IMG/VR virus record: IMGVR_UViG_2740892233_000013
Origin: a virus
Taxonomy: Duplodnaviria; Heunggongvirae; Uroviricota; Caudoviricetes
DNA length: 11,011 nucleotides
Reading direction: 5' to 3' (one strand)
Notes under the pieces: generated by a model
Told to the model about the DNA's origin: nothing
Databases searched by the model: none
What the model saw: the letters and a program-made list of their open reading frames with translations, nothing else
Made by a program: the position numbers and the translations under genes
In this document: piece after piece, positions 8,476-11,011 of the stretch
Layout of the letters: every line of letters starts with the position of its first letter
Numbering within the stretch: the stretch's first letter is position 1

Positions 8476-9623
8476 TTAAGCCCGGAAAGGATTTCTGGTT
8501 TTATGTGCGCAGCGTCAACCTGGTGGGTAAATCTGCTTTTGTGGAAGCCAGTGGACGGGCGAGCAATGATGCTGCGGGCTATCTGGAACTTTTCCGGGAA
8601 AAGATAGGAAAAACGCATCTGGCAGAGGCGCTGTGGGCAGAGATTGACAACAGTCAGCTGAAGGACGAGATGGCGGAAATGCAGACCACCATCACAGAAA
8701 CCCGCAATGAAATCACACAGACGGTCAGTAAAACGCTGGAAGACCAGAGCGCCACCATTCAGCAGATACAGCGCGTGCAGAAGGACACAAATGATGACCT
8801 GGCTGCGCTGTACATGCTGAAGGTTCAAAAAACGAAAGACGGCATTCCCTATGTGGCCGGGATTGGTGCAGGGATTGAGGATACTGATGGCCAGCCACTG
8901 AGCAACATACTGCTGCTGGCTGACCGTATCGCGATGATAAATCCGGAGAGCGGCAACAGCACGCCGTTATTTGTGGCGCAGGGGAATCAGCTGTTCATGA
9001 ACGACGTGTTCCTGAAGCGACTGTTTGCGGTGAGTATCACGTCATCCGGCAACCCCCCGACGTTTTCCCTGACGCCGGAAGGGAAGCTGACAGCCAGGAA
9101 CGCGGATATCAGCGGAGCAATTACCGCGAATACCGGCACGCTCAATAATGTCACCATTAACGAGAACTGTGTCATCAGAGGGAAACTGTCTGCAAACCAG
9201 ATTGAAGGCGACCTGGTGAAGACGGTGGGGAAAGCCTTTCCCCGGAATAACAGTTATGCCAGCGGGACGGTAACCGTCACAGTTTACGATGACCAGGGCT
9301 TCGACCGGCAGATCATCATTCCCCCGGTGCTGTTTCGCGGGACGAAACACCAGAATTTCAACAGCCCGAATCAGCAGTCGTACTGGTATTCCACCTGTAA
9401 GCTGCAGGTGCTGAAGAACGGGGTTGAGATTTTCCATGAACCGGCAACGGATGTCAGCCGGGTGTTCTCATCGGTGATAGATATGCCGGCAGGGCGGGGT
9501 CATGTCACCCTGACGTTTAATGTGTCGTCGGCCGGTGCGAACAACTGGACGCCGACAACGTACATCAGTGATTTACTGGTTGTGGTGATGAAAAAATCCA
9601 CAGCAGGTATCAGTATCAGCTGA
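8476..9623 (+). CDS. J: Host specificity protein J, C-terminal third with stop (receptor-binding domain allele 1)
   Basis: [39 protein letters not shown]...[71 protein letters not shown]...[21 protein letters not shown], stop TGA 9621-9623; matches lambda gpJ C-terminus (..[18 protein letters not shown]..). Confidence 0.9.
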
Positions 9624-9673
9624 ATTTTATAACCCAGAANNNNNNNNNNATTGCAGAAAAGCGAGAGGTAATT

Positions 9674-9703
9674 ATGCGTAAACTTTATGCCGCCATTTTG
9701 TCC
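9674..9703 (+). CDS. lom: Lom/Ail/PagC-family outer membrane protein, first 10 codons (segment ends in N gap)
   Basis: gagaggtaattATG, MRKLYAAILS; same sequence as 10349..10378. Confidence 0.7.
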
Positions 9704-9713
9704 NNNNNNNNNN

Positions 9714-10281
<568 letters not shown>

Positions 10282-10299
10282 ATTTTATAACCCAGAACG

Positions 10300-10324
10300 G
10301 GCGTCAGAAATGACGCCTTTTTTT
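10300..10324 (+). terminator. Rho-independent terminator after J
   Basis: ggcgtca gaaa tgacgcc (7-bp perfect stem, GAAA loop) followed by T7 at 10318-10324; 19 nt after J stop. Confidence 0.75.
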
Positions 10325-10348
10325 ATTGCAGAAAAGCGAGAGGTAATT

Positions 10349-10382
10349 ATGCGTAAACTTTATGCCGCCATTTTGTCCGCAG
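10349..10382 (+). CDS. lom: Lom/Ail/PagC-family outer membrane protein, 5' fragment
   Basis: SD gagagg 6 nt upstream of ATG at 10349; MRKLYAAILSA (start of signal peptide). Confidence 0.8.
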
Positions 10383-10392
10383 NNNNNNNNNN

Positions 10393-10556
10393 GTTTGTGC
10401 AGCCATTTTGTCCGCAGCCATCTGTCTGGCCGTATCCGGTGCGCCTGCATGGGCGTCTGAGCAGCAGGCCACGCTGAGCGCGGGGTATCTTCATGCCCGG
10501 ACGAACGCTCCCGGTAGCGATAATCTTAACGGGATTAACGTGAAATACCGTTATGA
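10393..10556 (+). CDS. lom: Lom/Ail/PagC-family outer membrane protein fragment (signal peptide and first strands)
   Basis: AILSAAICLAVSGAPAWASEQQATLSAGYLHARTNAPGSDNLNGINVKYRYE; lambda Lom has ..KGINVKYRYE.. Confidence 0.85.
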
Positions 10557-10566
10557 NNNNNNNNNN

Positions 10567-10642
10567 ATGGTGACGTCTTTCAGCTATGCAGGAGACAAGA
10601 ATCGCCAGCTGACCCATTACAGCGATACCCGCTGGCATGAAG
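10567..10642 (+). CDS. lom: Lom/Ail/PagC-family outer membrane protein short fragment
   Basis: [24 protein letters not shown]; overlaps next segment with one nonsynonymous difference (H vs R). Confidence 0.75.
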
Positions 10643-10652
10643 NNNNNNNNNN

Positions 10653-11011
10653 ATTCACGGACACGCTGGGGCTGGTGACGTCATTCAGCTATGCAGGAGA
10701 CAAGAATCGCCAGCTTACCCGTTACAGCGATACCCGCTGGCATGAAGATTCCGTGCGTAACCGCTGGTTCAGCGTAATGGCGGGGCCGTCTGTGCGCGTG
10801 AATGAATGGTTCAGCGCGTATGCGATGGCGGGTGTGGCTTACAGCCGTGTGTCGACTTTCTCCGGGGATTATCTTCGCGTAACTGACAACAAGGGGAAAA
10901 CGCACGATGTGCTGACCGGAAGTGATGACGGTCGCCACAGCGACACCTCTCTGGCGTGGGGAGCTGGCGTGCAGTTTAACCCGACCGAATCCGTGGCCAT
11001 TGATATTGCTT
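10653..11011 (+). CDS. lom: Lom/Ail/PagC-family outer membrane protein fragment, 3' end beyond window
   Basis: [67 protein letters not shown]...[21 protein letters not shown]; lambda Lom has ..[37 protein letters not shown]. Confidence 0.88.

Noticed and set aside
9042-9437. 131-aa minus-strand ORF inside the J receptor-binding domain
   Set aside because: Antisense to the strongly supported J frame, no homology recognised, no RBS.
2061-9623. Apparent in-frame tandem duplications inside J, which make it look like an 8-kb giant repeat protein
   Set aside because: The repeats are separated by N10 runs and differ mainly at synonymous sites; they are overlapping fragments of paralogous J copies, and the true J is about 3.4 kb.

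Overview
This window is the tail-tip/host-range module of a lambdoid (lambda-like) prophage, all on the + strand: the 3' end of tail assembly gene I, host-specificity gene J (central tail fibre), and the 5' part of a Lom/Ail/PagC-family outer-membrane protein gene, plus one antisense moron encoding a periplasmic Cu,Zn superoxide dismutase (sodC) between I and J. Calls rest on reading the six-frame translations against remembered lambda gpI, gpJ, Lom and bacterial SodC sequences; no database search was run. The window is not one contiguous locus: 27 runs of exactly 10 N split it into 28 segments that overlap each other in gene coordinates and differ by SNPs, so it looks like a tile-path of several near-identical prophage copies (the 'XXXX' in the ORF track are these N runs). 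Apparent tandem duplications inside J and the long fused ORFs are artefacts of that layout. I found no evidence for a previously undescribed system; every gene is a canonical tail component or a known type of moron. The points worth a second look are the sodC-occupied versus empty I-J spacer alleles, at least three J haplotypes, and two divergent J C-terminal receptor-binding alleles with identical 3' flanks.
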